Assembly: GCA_963827275.1 (NCBI GenBank)
Contig: CAWHAA010000008.1
Span: 224,001-288,000 of the forward strand
Source of the DNA: an uncultured Spirochaetota bacterium
Lineage (GTDB): Bacteria; Spirochaetota; UBA4802; UBA5550
Length of the DNA stretch: 64,000 bases
Reading direction: 5' to 3'
Shown here: positions 40,049 to 50,236 of the stretch, piece by piece
Layout: the number at the start of each line of letters is the position of its first letter
Position numbering within the stretch: the stretch's first letter is position 1
Position numbers and translations under genes: made by a program
The notes under the pieces: model-generated
What the model saw: the letters and a program-made list of their open reading frames with translations, nothing else
Told to the model about the DNA's origin: nothing
Database searches by the model: none

Positions 40049-41593
40049 TTAATTGCCTGATTTGATTCTGGCGCGGTATTCCGAGGGGGTAAGGTCCATG
40101 ATGGCCTTGAAGGATCGGTTGAAAGAAACAATATTGTCGAAGCCGACCGAGAACGCGATATCGATGATCCTGGTGCTGCCAGAGCCCAGGCGTCCGGACG
40201 CCTCCTCGATGCGGAGCTTGTTGATGTACTCGCTTATTTTCATGCCGGTATAGGTCTTGAAAAGCTTGCTCATGTAATCCGGATTCATGCCAACCGCCTC
40301 TGACAGGCCTTCGCGCGCTATATCCGACCGGTAGTTCTCCTTTATGAAATCGATGACCCATTTGAGCTTGTCCTCGGTTTCATTGGTTATCGACAGCGGC
40401 TTCTTCCCGGCCCTGTTCTTCAGCGAATCGTACAGGTGTTCCATTGTGCGCAGCCTGTTGTATATGTCGCGCCCCGCCAGGACAATGATGATCAGGTTGA
40501 TGATAAGGGCCCCGAGCGCGGGCACCAGGAGCATGGTCCTCCCTCCCCGGCAATAGACGGCGATATCCCAGGCAGCGGCGATCTGGGACAGGATCACCAG
40601 CAGCACTATGCGGTGGAACTTGTAGCGTTCCTGCCGATCGCGGGGCAGCCGCCTCAGGAGGTACGCCACGTAGCCGACAAACAAGAGCTCGGCTGCCACC
40701 GCACAGGCCGGTCTGATCCAGGATTGATACTCCCCCGCATGGCTGGCAATAATCATCGCGGACACGACGCCGAAGAGCCCTGCGACAGCGATGTTCTGGT
40801 AGTAAAAATATTTCCGGAAGAGCGACTGGATGAATATGATGAGCAACATGGCCAGGACCGGATAGAGGAGCCAGTGAATGATGAAGATCCAGTCGAAGGG
40901 AATCACCAGCAGGGCATGAGGGGAAAACAGGGCGACGATATACAGTGTCATGACCAGGGTTATCAGGCCCCCATAAAGAAAAATCGAATTCTTCCTGTTC
41001 CAGAAATAGAACACCACTATGACAGTCAGGAACGCTGCCAGGCTGATGGCGATCGCGAGAGGGATCTTGTCGAAGGCGGTCTCGCTGAACATTTTTTCCC
41101 GGAGATATTCACGCTTCTGAAGGACATGCACCTCGTCCGGCAGGCCGCCCCATTCCCCGCTGCAGATGCCGAGGCGGACAAGGAGCGCGTTTTTTCCCGT
41201 TTTGACCACGCCCGGCGGGATCACGTAGGTGCTCGGGAAATGGATATTGGCGTAATCCCCGGGCGCCTGGGAGTCGATGAATGTCCCGTTGATGAATACT
41301 TCATCCGTGTGAAAGGTCCTCCCCAGGGATATCCCGTAATAACCGGCGGGATCGCCGGATACGGTGAATTTACCCCTGAACCAGGCATAACAAAAGGCGC
41401 CCGGTTTCCGGCATTTTGCTTTTATCAAACCGGGAACGGGCAGGGGGATCCAGCCCTCCGCCGGCGGACCGGCCCCGCGGGCGGCTTCTGTTTCCAGGGA
41501 ATAGCTCCAGTCGCTGACCGCAAGGGAACCATCCGCGCCAAGGAGACATTGCGCCAGCAGGAAGATGAACAGTATGGAGTGAACAAGCTTCAT
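40049..41593 (-). CDS. Membrane-bound AraC-family regulator (periplasmic sugar-binding-like domain, ~7 TM, AraC HTH)
   Basis: AWFRGKF..DEVFING..N.LLVRL; TM block; LFKTYTGM..YIN.LRI..IDIAFSVGF..FNRSFK..TPSEYR. Confidence 0.88.
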   Translation of the reverse strand: MKLVHSILFIFLLAQCLLGADGSLAVSDWSYSLETEAARGAGPPAEGWIPLPVPGLIKAKCRKPGAFCYAWFRGKFTVSGDPAGYYGISLGRTFHTDEVFINGTFIDSQAPGDYANIHFPSTYVIPPGVVKTGKNALLVRLGICSGEWGGLPDEVHVLQKREYLREKMFSETAFDKIPLAIAISLAAFLTVIVVFYFWNRKNSIFLYGGLITLVMTLYIVALFSPHALLVIPFDWIFIIHWLLYPVLAMLLIIFIQSLFRKYFYYQNIAVAGLFGVVSAMIIASHAGEYQSWIRPACAVAAELLFVGYVAYLLRRLPRDRQERYKFHRIVLLVILSQIAAAWDIAVYCRGGRTMLLVPALGALIINLIIIVLAGRDIYNRLRTMEHLYDSLKNRAGKKPLSITNETEDKLKWVIDFIKENYRSDIAREGLSEAVGMNPDYMSKLFKTYTGMKISEYINKLRIEEASGRLGSGSTRIIDIAFSVGFDNIVSFNRSFKAIMDLTPSEYRARIKSGN

Positions 41594-41753
41594 TGTCAGG
41601 GAAATTCAATCCTTTTCTCGGGCAGGCCGGGGACGGCATGTTTATTATCAGGTCCTGCCCGGCATCAATCGCGCACATTACATAACCGCCGGACAGGCGC
41701 CGTACCACTTCACGCGCCGTGTACAATGCGATAAACATTGCAAATGGATAAAG

Positions 41754-41787
41754 AAAACCCGCCCCCGATTATTGGAGGGGCGGGTTG
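41754..41787 (-). terminator. Probable terminator downstream of the MCP gene
   Basis: AAAACCCGCCCC...GGGGCGGGTT hairpin; T-rich on the minus strand. Confidence 0.55.
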
Positions 41788-41923
41788 CATAAATAGCAAG
41801 ATAAATTTATTGCTATCAGGGAAATTGCTTCTTCATCGGTACAGGCCTGTGCGATTGAATGCGCTGTATGGGCTGCTCCCTTCCCAATGAGTCCTCTTCT
41901 ATGGGGGTATTTAGCAGGTAATT

Positions 41924-43471
41924 TTAACTGGAAAGCTTCCCGCCCAGGGTCTGGGCCAGTTTGCTGACGCGGTCCGACTGCTGGTGCATCTGAACCGCGC
42001 CCGCGGAGTTCGCCTGGGTGGCCTCATTGATCCCGGCAACGGCCCTGGTGATCTCGGTGACGGCCAGCTTCTGCTCCTCGGTCGCGATCCTCATCTCTTC
42101 GGAGGAAGCGATGCCGTTTTCGGCCTCTGAATTGACGGCAGTGTTGATCTCCTGCTGGTACTTCATCTTTTCGGATACCGTGTTGATCATTTCATTTATT
42201 CCGTTGATGCCCTCGATGATTCTGCTTATGACGGACACGGTTTCTTCGACCGCTTGTTTGCCCCTGTCGATTTCATCATTGTTGCTCTTGATATGGCTGT
42301 CGATCTCTTTGATGCTGGATGATGTCTGGTCGGCCAGCTTGCCGATTTCATCGGCGACGACCGCGAACCCCCTGCCGTGTTCGCCGGCGCGGGCCGCCTC
42401 AATGGCCGCGTTCAGTGAAAGCAGGTTGATTTTATCGGATATATCATTGATGATCCCGACGATGTTTTTCATTTCGTCCGAACTGCTGATTATCTTGCCC
42501 ATGCTGTCGCTCATGGTCGTCATGGACTGCCCGCCGCTGTTGGCCTGGCCCACGATCTCCTTGGTCGAACCGAGCGCCTTGATGATGGTCGCGCCCATAT
42601 CCGCTATGGCCTGGGTCTGCTCCCTTATTTTCATGAGCAGCCCTTCCATCCTGCCGTACTGTTCTTTCGCGTTCACGGCAATGGTGTCGACCCCGGCCGA
42701 GACCTCCTCTATGGACGCCATGATCTCCTCGGTCGTGGCAGCCTGGCTCTGTGTGTTTTGGGAAAAGGCCGAGGCCGTCATGGTCATGTCCTGGGAGGAC
42801 GAAGTCAGGTCGCGGGAGACCTCGGATATGGATTTCATCAGGTCCTGCACCTTCAGGTAGCTCTCACGGATCTGGTCGGCCTGCTGCTCCATGTTGTCGA
42901 GGGACTGCTTGTTTATGATCATGATGAAAAGCCCCACGGCAAAAGTGAAAATCAGCGAAAAGGAGGAATCGATCATTCCCACCTTTGCGGACTGAAGCTG
43001 GAGCCCTTCAAGGCGGGTACTTGCCAGGATATAAAAAACGATATCCGCAGACAGGAATATGAGAAAAAGAAACAAGACGAAGGAGCGTTTACAAAAAAGC
43101 ACCGTGGCCACCAGTATGGCTATCATGAAATATATATAAGTGTTGTATCCGTTGTGAACGTCCCTGCCCAATTTAATAAAAAGGCCCGCACTTACACCGA
43201 GCGCCATAATGCCGAAAATAAAATTCGCGGCCAGGTTATATTTACCGATCTTCAATATGATCAGGGTGATCACGCCTGATATTAAAACGGCCCAGATGGT
43301 AACGCCCGCCTGAACTACCAACTGCGGAACAAATATAACGAAGGAAATAAAAATCAACAGCATCAGGAGAATCGTCCAGAACGAGAAGAACATCAGTGCC
43401 CTGGCCTTTCTCTGGATGATAAAATTGGCAGATTCGTATTGAGTAAGAAAGAAGTTGGCTATCGTTTTCAT
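41924..43471 (-). CDS. Methyl-accepting chemotaxis protein
   Basis: [33 protein letters not shown]; multi-TM N-terminus. Confidence 0.95.
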   Translation of the reverse strand: MKTIANFFLTQYESANFIIQRKARALMFFSFWTILLMLLIFISFVIFVPQLVVQAGVTIWAVLISGVITLIILKIGKYNLAANFIFGIMALGVSAGLFIKLGRDVHNGYNTYIYFMIAILVATVLFCKRSFVLFLFLIFLSADIVFYILASTRLEGLQLQSAKVGMIDSSFSLIFTFAVGLFIMIINKQSLDNMEQQADQIRESYLKVQDLMKSISEVSRDLTSSSQDMTMTASAFSQNTQSQAATTEEIMASIEEVSAGVDTIAVNAKEQYGRMEGLLMKIREQTQAIADMGATIIKALGSTKEIVGQANSGGQSMTTMSDSMGKIISSSDEMKNIVGIINDISDKINLLSLNAAIEAARAGEHGRGFAVVADEIGKLADQTSSSIKEIDSHIKSNNDEIDRGKQAVEETVSVISRIIEGINGINEMINTVSEKMKYQQEINTAVNSEAENGIASSEEMRIATEEQKLAVTEITRAVAGINEATQANSAGAVQMHQQSDRVSKLAQTLGGKLSS

Positions 43472-43791
43472 CGGGTTTCCTGTTTTTTATCTGATAGTTG
43501 TCTGAAAAGTATCATAAAATATTTCCATTGAAAAATATTATATGATGTTATTATGAAGGTATGATAATACTGCATTATTAAAATTATTCAAATAATAAGC
43601 TACAGTCAAGATATATCATTATTAATTCAAGAATAATACTGCAATTGGAACTGATGTTGATGGCAAAATATTTACTATGCAGGAATTCCTTCCTTCCGGG
43701 AACGGGGACCCCTCGGCTGAAGATCATTTATGGTGAATGCGTGCCCCTGTGGAGGAGCAGGAGGGTCTGGATGTAAAGGGTGCGGGGCATG

Positions 43792-44460
43792 TTAGCGGTC
43801 CCTGGTCGCCCTTTCGCGCAGCTCCTTCACGTTTTTGTTTACGTCACCCCCCTTGAAGGCGGAGCTGCCGGCGACGATGATCTCCGCCCCCGCCCGCACG
43901 ACGCGGGCGATGTTGTCCAGATTGATGCCGCCGTCGACCTGGATGCGGGTCTTTGTCCCGGCAGTGGTGATGAAGGCGGAAAGCTTTTCTATTCTTCCGA
44001 TCGCCGGCTCCATGAACGACTGGCCGTAGAAGCCCGGCTCGACCGACATGACCAGGGCCATGTCGGCGTAGGGGAGGAGATCGAAGATCGATTCCACCGG
44101 CGTGGACGGGTTGATGGAGATGCCGGCGACGATGCCCGCGCCGCGGATCTGCTGCAGCACCCTGGCCGGGAACCTGGTGCTTTCGTAGTGGATGACGAGC
44201 GACCAGGGCCCTGTCTCGATATACTGGTCGATGGACCGCCCCGGCTGCTCGATCATCAGGTGGACGTCAAGGGGGATGGCGGTATGCGCCTTGAGCGACT
44301 TGATGTAGCCCGGCCCGAAGGTCAGGTTGGGGACGAAGTTGCCGTCCATCACGTCAAGGTGCAGCAGGTCGATGCACCCCGCGTCAAAGCCGCGGACCTG
44401 TTCGCCGATCGTCGTCAGGTCGGCCGCTATTATGGAGGGGGATATCAGTATTTTTTTCAT
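43792..44460 (-). CDS. rpe: Ribulose-phosphate 3-epimerase
   Basis: SPSI, HLDVMDGNFVPNLTFG, DVHLMI, MSVEPGF, QVDGG, AGS. Confidence 0.96.
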   Translation of the reverse strand: MKKILISPSIIAADLTTIGEQVRGFDAGCIDLLHLDVMDGNFVPNLTFGPGYIKSLKAHTAIPLDVHLMIEQPGRSIDQYIETGPWSLVIHYESTRFPARVLQQIRGAGIVAGISINPSTPVESIFDLLPYADMALVMSVEPGFYGQSFMEPAIGRIEKLSAFITTAGTKTRIQVDGGINLDNIARVVRAGAEIIVAGSSAFKGGDVNKNVKELRERATRDR

Positions 44461-44470
44461 GTCACTCCGC

Positions 44471-45484
44471 TTAATCCACGTCTATGTCAAAATCGTCTAT
44501 CGGTTTTTTGTTCCGGCGTATCGTTATCACGGCGTTTCCCTCGCGCCTGAAAACAAAGATGATCTTCTCTTTCGGTCCCGCTTTTTTTGAGAAACGGACC
44601 CGCTTGGAGTATGCGTCCTCTATGTAGGCCTCGAACAGGCCCGGCTGCTCATCGTCGGGGATCTCGTATTCAACCTTCTCGTACGCGGTATACGGGTGCT
44701 TGTCGATAGCGAACCAGTTGACGCGAAGCGTGCAGGTACCGCCCCTTGCCACTGCCGTGCCCCTGGCAGGGGCCTGCGATACGATAGTGCCGCTTTCGGT
44801 GATGTCGCCGGTCGGGACGACCTCCTGGATGACGGTGAGGCCCTTCGCGCGGAGAAGGTCATAACAGAGCTCTATCGACTGGCCCGTTACGTTTGGCATG
44901 AAGGCGTCCGGCGCGCTTTTGCCCGCCGACACCAGCAGGTTGATCCTCCTCTCGGGCCTGATTTTTTCACCGGCCCCCGGGCTCTGGTCTATGACGATAT
45001 TGTCCGCGACCTTCGACGAGGGGATGAAGGAGATGACGCCGGTGCCGAGCGAGAGCGTCTTTTCGTGACGGTGGATATTCTTCAGGTTGTTCAGCGCCAG
45101 GGGAAGCTCCTTGCCCACCAGGTTCGGGACCTCGATGGTATACCGTGACCGGCTCACCGTGAGTTTTATTTTGCTGTTAGCGGGCACGACCTTGCCGCTC
45201 TTCGGGTACTGCGAGAGCACCGTGCCGTCATCGATATCGGGGATGTCCTTGAACTTGATGTCCGGCTTTATGTTTTTCCGTATCAGGCTGTTGTATACCT
45301 CGATGAACTGCTTGCCTTCGACATCCGGGACCACGACCTCCTGCTCGGGTTTGGTCAGGAAGATGAGGATGATGGTTGAAATGACGAGAAAAAGCGAAAA
45401 GCCGATGACAAATATGACCGCGATGCGGCCGATCTGGCCCCAGTATCTGAACTTTTCCTTGCCGGATTGATCTTTTGTGTTCAT
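44471..45484 (-). CDS. Membrane-anchored triple-PASTA-domain protein
   Basis: One TM; VPDVEG..Q.P, VPNLVG..QSP, MPNVTG..QAP. Confidence 0.88.
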   Translation of the reverse strand: MNTKDQSGKEKFRYWGQIGRIAVIFVIGFSLFLVISTIILIFLTKPEQEVVVPDVEGKQFIEVYNSLIRKNIKPDIKFKDIPDIDDGTVLSQYPKSGKVVPANSKIKLTVSRSRYTIEVPNLVGKELPLALNNLKNIHRHEKTLSLGTGVISFIPSSKVADNIVIDQSPGAGEKIRPERRINLLVSAGKSAPDAFMPNVTGQSIELCYDLLRAKGLTVIQEVVPTGDITESGTIVSQAPARGTAVARGGTCTLRVNWFAIDKHPYTAYEKVEYEIPDDEQPGLFEAYIEDAYSKRVRFSKKAGPKEKIIFVFRREGNAVITIRRNKKPIDDFDIDVD

Positions 45485-45861
45485 GTGATAACTCTCGGAA
45501 TCTTTATACACGCATCTTCGGCCGCTTGTTCCGCCCCGCGCGCTCATTATGTCATGTTGCGATAAAAACGGAAAGAGGCTTCCATTACGGGAGCAGATTT
45601 GTCTTTTTGACCCCGAACCGGTATTTGTCAATAAAAAAACGGATAATGGCAGACTCGCCGCTACAGGGTATGCTCTGCTGGCCAAGGCCCTTCCCGCTTG
45701 TCCGCCGCACCGCGGGCGGGGCAGGGAGGAATAATAAGAAAAACGGCAAGATCCTTCTCCAGGCACGGGAAAATTTAAAGAAAATATCGATATTCAACGA
45801 CAATTGAGATAGGGCGTCATTCGCAAAAGAGCATACGACCACCTGCGCCCGGACGGAACCT

Positions 45862-46989
45862 ATGGACAGCGAAATTAAATTATTGTTCATGTCAGACCTT
45901 CACCTCGGAATAAAGGGCGATTATCCGGAGATACCCGAGCATGCGCGGATGAGCACGTTCAAGCGTATCATGGCCATTGCGCGGGATCACGACCTCCTCC
46001 TCATCGGCGGGGACCTGATCGACTCGAACGCGGTGGATAACGATATCATCGATCTGATCAGGACCGAGTTCGAGTACCTGAAGGGCGCCAATACGGAAAT
46101 AGTCTATACCCCCGGCACCGGCGAGCTGGGAAGCCGGGCGGTTATGCCCTCCTTTCTCCTTGATCTGAATGTATCCTGCCTCTTTTCAAACACGTTCAAT
46201 CCTTCGCCGTACATGTATGAGAAGAACGGGCAGAAGCTTTTTATCTACGGCGTTCCCGCAACGTCGGGGTTCGATATCTCGAAGATACGGAAGATATCGG
46301 ATGAGGGCTTCCATCTCGGCCTGTTTCACGTCGATTTTGATTTTGACGGGGAGGCCGGCGCCAGTCCGGTCTACCGCATCCAGAAAAACGACATACGGAC
46401 CGTGGGCCTCGATTTTTACGCCTTCGGCTTCAATCACAATTTCCGCATGTTCAAGATCATGGACCGGATCATCGGCGTTTGCCCGGGCACGCCGGAATCC
46501 ACCTCGTTGAATGAGCTGGGGGACCGGTACGTGATATCCATCGTGATCAAGGAAAACCGGCTGTACCAGATAAAGCGCCTTACCGTCAACTCCATGAAGC
46601 TGTTTAAAAACTCGGTTGATTGCTCGGACCTGGTCACGATGGGCCCCATCAAGGAGCTGCTTGAGGGCAACAAGTCAAAGAAGGCGGTACAGCTGCTGCT
46701 GCTTTCAGGCCGCAGGGATTTTGTCCTCCACCGGCAGGATCTGGAAGAGTACGAAAAAGATTTTCATACGCTGGTCATCGACGACCGGAGCGAACCCACG
46801 CTCGAGGCGCTGGTCGAGGAATTTCAGAACGAGAAAACCCTGCGGGGGGAATTTTACAGGTTGATCAAAGAGCAGATTGACCGGGACGGAATTCCGCGTG
46901 ATATTGACAGGTCTGATTTTGCGGCGTCACTCAACAGAATATCGAAAGACGGGTTTGAGAACCTGGAGGAATGGCTGTGCAATTTATAA
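45862..46989 (+). CDS. SbcD/Mre11/YhaO-like metallophosphoesterase-fold protein with degenerate motifs
   Basis: SDLHLG, GGDLID, PGTGE (for PGNHD), LFH, FGFNH (for LGHxH), PGTPE. Confidence 0.8.
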   Translation: MDSEIKLLFMSDLHLGIKGDYPEIPEHARMSTFKRIMAIARDHDLLLIGGDLIDSNAVDNDIIDLIRTEFEYLKGANTEIVYTPGTGELGSRAVMPSFLLDLNVSCLFSNTFNPSPYMYEKNGQKLFIYGVPATSGFDISKIRKISDEGFHLGLFHVDFDFDGEAGASPVYRIQKNDIRTVGLDFYAFGFNHNFRMFKIMDRIIGVCPGTPESTSLNELGDRYVISIVIKENRLYQIKRLTVNSMKLFKNSVDCSDLVTMGPIKELLEGNKSKKAVQLLLLSGRRDFVLHRQDLEEYEKDFHTLVIDDRSEPTLEALVEEFQNEKTLRGEFYRLIKEQIDRDGIPRDIDRSDFAASLNRISKDGFENLEEWLCNL

Positions 46990-49121
46990 AGTGCATAGTG
47001 TACAAGCACGGGTTGTTCGACAACCGGGTTCTCGATTTCAGCGACCGGTTGACCGTCGTGTACGGGAAGAACGGGTCCGGGAAGAGCCTGCTGGCGCGGA
47101 GCATGGTGGACGCGGTGTGGGGAAAATTCACGGGCCGGAATCTCCTCGGTGACGATGTGTGGAATTCCCTTTACATGGACATCCTCTTTTCCATCTCAGA
47201 TTCGGGATGGTACCGCATCTGCAACACCAGTGATTCAAGCTACCGGGTGCACTATGTCCGGAACAACAGGGAGAAACTGCTCTACGCGGAAACGAAGATA
47301 CATGCCGCGGGGGGCGCGGTACGGGATGAAATCGGCGCCTCTGCCGAAGGAAAGCAGTTCCTGGAGTTCATCGACCGGATTGACAGCAACACCTTCATGC
47401 ATTCGTCATTTGTCCCGTCGTCAACCGACCTTGCCGGCGGGACCATCATTGATTACGGGGCGCTGAAGAGGATACTCCTGAATGACAGGTCTGATTTCTA
47501 CGGCATCTTCACGAACCTCAACACGCTGTTCAGCGGCACCCTTGCCGGCGATGCCCTTCCCCCCGAGGTGCTCCGGTACGAAGAGAAGAAGCGGGACCTG
47601 GAGAAGCGGATACAGATCGTCGATATCAGCGGTTCGCGCCATGAAAAGCTGATAAGGGAAAAGAAATCAATCCAGCGTGAAGTCGATGAGCTGAACAGCT
47701 CGCTTGTTTCGCTGGGCAGCCAGAAGGAGATACTTGCCAAAATTATCGAAAACCTGAACAAGGTTGAAGAGCTCAAGGGAGAGTTCGAGGCGATCAAGGA
47801 CGAGATACAGGACGAACAGCGGAAGATCAAATCAATTTCTGAAATGAAGAGCGAGCTTGACACCATGTTCCCTCAGTTCAGCGATATTGACATAACCGAC
47901 ATCAACAACCTGGACCATCTGCAGGAGGTCTTCAACGATATACGGAACCTGAACGAGAAGATCGATACCATCTATTTTTCCCGCGAGCTGAAGAAACGGA
48001 AATTGAAGAAGGCGGCCGTCGCGATCGCCGCTGTCGGTCTTGCCGCCGTTCTCGGGATACTTGCCAGGGACGGCTTTGATCTCCTCCGGCACCTTCCGGT
48101 CTGGGGCGGCATCCTGGGCATCGTCTGCGCCGTTGTCGCGTCGATAGCCCTGTACCTGTTTGCCGCTTCCCGGGATGCGGAGATAGACCGTCTCGAGGAG
48201 GAGCGGCAGGGCTACAAGGAGCGGATCAAGGTCCTCATGGAAAAAAGCAAAGTCGAGGTTGAGGACTTCAAGCTGACCGAAATATACGAGCTGCTCCTCC
48301 AGTACTTCGAGGACTACGTCAACTACACCGAACGGAGGAAGGACCTCGCCAGGATCAAAAGCTCCCTGAAAGAAGAAGAATACATGGTGCGGATACAGAA
48401 TAAGCTTGACGCTCTCAAGAGAGAGGAGGAGATCATAAAAGACGAAATCCACACGAGCATCGACACGCTGAACATTGTTGATGATATTGAAAATGAGACA
48501 AGCAAGATAGAGGAGCTGATACGTAATATCGAAACAGAGAGTGCTATCATACGGGAGAAGGCGGCGACCAAGGACAGCATCCTTCAGCAGATCGACGCCG
48601 AATTCATCCAGGCGGCCGGCAACAGCGGCGCCATGAACGCGCTCATCGAGGAAAAGAAGAGCGTGGACCGCATCCTGAAAAAATGGAAGGTCAACCGTAA
48701 TTCAATGCGGTACATCACGGAAACCCTGGCCCGGTCGGCGGACAGGAGCGAGGAAAAGCAGTTCAGGAAGCTCCTTGACGGGACGCTCGAAAAGTTCAAC
48801 CATCTGACCGGTAACCAGTATATCACCACCATCGACGATGCCATGCTGATGCGGCTGATAACCGAGAACAGGATACTCCCCGAGATGACCCCGCCGGTCA
48901 TCCATGCCCTTCTCCTGTCGCTGAAGTTCACCATTTCCGATTTCCTGATAAACGGCGAGGCGGCGATCCCATTATTGATTGACGAACCGTTCCAATTCAT
49001 GGATGATGAACGGTGCGGCAGGTTCAGGGACCTGGTGATGGAAATCGCACGCAGGCGGCAGGTGATCATATTCACCCATCACAGCAACAAGCGGAACTGG
49101 GGCGGCTACATAGAGCTATAA
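46971..49121 (+). CDS. SbcC/YhaN-like coiled-coil ABC-type ATPase with two central TM helices
   Basis: GKNGSGKS Walker A, long coiled coils, hydrophobic hairpin, LLIDEPF Walker B, MDDER D-loop, IIFTHH. Confidence 0.85.
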   Translation: MAVQFIKCIVYKHGLFDNRVLDFSDRLTVVYGKNGSGKSLLARSMVDAVWGKFTGRNLLGDDVWNSLYMDILFSISDSGWYRICNTSDSSYRVHYVRNNREKLLYAETKIHAAGGAVRDEIGASAEGKQFLEFIDRIDSNTFMHSSFVPSSTDLAGGTIIDYGALKRILLNDRSDFYGIFTNLNTLFSGTLAGDALPPEVLRYEEKKRDLEKRIQIVDISGSRHEKLIREKKSIQREVDELNSSLVSLGSQKEILAKIIENLNKVEELKGEFEAIKDEIQDEQRKIKSISEMKSELDTMFPQFSDIDITDINNLDHLQEVFNDIRNLNEKIDTIYFSRELKKRKLKKAAVAIAAVGLAAVLGILARDGFDLLRHLPVWGGILGIVCAVVASIALYLFAASRDAEIDRLEEERQGYKERIKVLMEKSKVEVEDFKLTEIYELLLQYFEDYVNYTERRKDLARIKSSLKEEEYMVRIQNKLDALKREEEIIKDEIHTSIDTLNIVDDIENETSKIEELIRNIETESAIIREKAATKDSILQQIDAEFIQAAGNSGAMNALIEEKKSVDRILKKWKVNRNSMRYITETLARSADRSEEKQFRKLLDGTLEKFNHLTGNQYITTIDDAMLMRLITENRILPEMTPPVIHALLLSLKFTISDFLINGEAAIPLLIDEPFQFMDDERCGRFRDLVMEIARRRQVIIFTHHSNKRNWGGYIEL

Positions 49122-49127
49122 GGCGCG

Positions 49128-50108
49128 ATGGACAAGAACGGTCAACTTACATTTTCGGACGATCCGATACTGAACGGCATCAACGAGGTCTACCAGCTCC
49201 TCGAGCGGGGGGAGTTCGCGGCCGCGGTCGGAAAGATTGACGAGCTCATGGACATCGATGCCGATTATCCCGGCCTCATAGAGGCCTACCGCGTGGCGAA
49301 ATTCTGGCACAACCGCGAGCGGGAGATGAAGACGCTCGAAGAGGGAAAGGACACCGCCGAATTCCTTATGCGGGAGTGGGAAATTTTCGATGAATATTCG
49401 GAGAGCAAGAACCTCTCGTCCTCGTCCGCGTTCAAGTCGGCCATGCGGTATATTTTCTTCAAGGCGGCGGACCACTATAAATTCGCGTTCCGCGAACAGC
49501 AGGACACTTCGAGCAACTTCCAGTTTCTCCTTAACCTGGGGGACTGTTTTTTACGCCTCGAGGAATACACCAATGCCATCGAGACCCTTGAGTACGCGAA
49601 GGGATCTTACAAGAGCAACGCGCGGCTCATGGCGATACTGGGAGAGGCGTACTTCCACACGGGCGACATACCGAAGAGCCTCATCTGCTTCCGCGAGGCG
49701 TTTTTCATCGATCCGGCGGAGATCGACCTGGGCACCCTGAAAGCCAGGCCGATCGTGGAGCTGGCGGAGATCGTTAAAAAGGAGCGGGCCGGCCAGAAGG
49801 ACATCAACGAATGGATCCCCATCTACGGGTTCATCCATGATGTTTTTTACGTCAAGCGGAACCTGAACGCGCACCAGGTCGAGAGCATCGAGAAGGACGT
49901 CTACAGCCTTGAAACGACCTACCAGAAGATGAACCGGACGCAGGTGGAGTCCTCGAACATCGTGCCCCGCCTCATCAACAAGTACCTCTGGCTCATCGAT
50001 TACTACACCCTCCAGAGCTACAATTTCGACACCGTGTCCCAGATCAGGGACCGGCTGCTCGCCATCGACCGCAATCTGTTCCAGGACTACTTCAGCAAGA
50101 AAAAATAG
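49128..50108 (+). CDS. TPR-repeat protein
   Basis: LLNLGDCFLRLEEYTNAIETL, AILGEAYFHTGDIPKSLICFREAFFIDP. Confidence 0.8.
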   Translation: MDKNGQLTFSDDPILNGINEVYQLLERGEFAAAVGKIDELMDIDADYPGLIEAYRVAKFWHNREREMKTLEEGKDTAEFLMREWEIFDEYSESKNLSSSSAFKSAMRYIFFKAADHYKFAFREQQDTSSNFQFLLNLGDCFLRLEEYTNAIETLEYAKGSYKSNARLMAILGEAYFHTGDIPKSLICFREAFFIDPAEIDLGTLKARPIVELAEIVKKERAGQKDINEWIPIYGFIHDVFYVKRNLNAHQVESIEKDVYSLETTYQKMNRTQVESSNIVPRLINKYLWLIDYYTLQSYNFDTVSQIRDRLLAIDRNLFQDYFSKKK

Positions 50109-50183
50109 GGATTGTCCCGCATGCCCTCGGGATCCCCCGGAGGGGGGATTACACGATAGCACCGTTACACGGCCGGCGCGGGC

Positions 50184-50217
50184 AAAAAAAAAGCGCGGAT
50201 TTGCATCCGCGCTTTTT
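50184..50217. terminator. Bidirectional intrinsic terminator
   Basis: A9-GCGCGGAT-ttgc-ATCCGCGC-T5 between convergent genes. Confidence 0.85.
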
Positions 50218-50236
50218 GTGTTCTCTGTAACGAGGC

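Noticed and set aside
43472..43680. Very AT-rich stretch suggesting foreign DNA
   Set aside because: Short, intergenic and similar to other promoter regions in the window.
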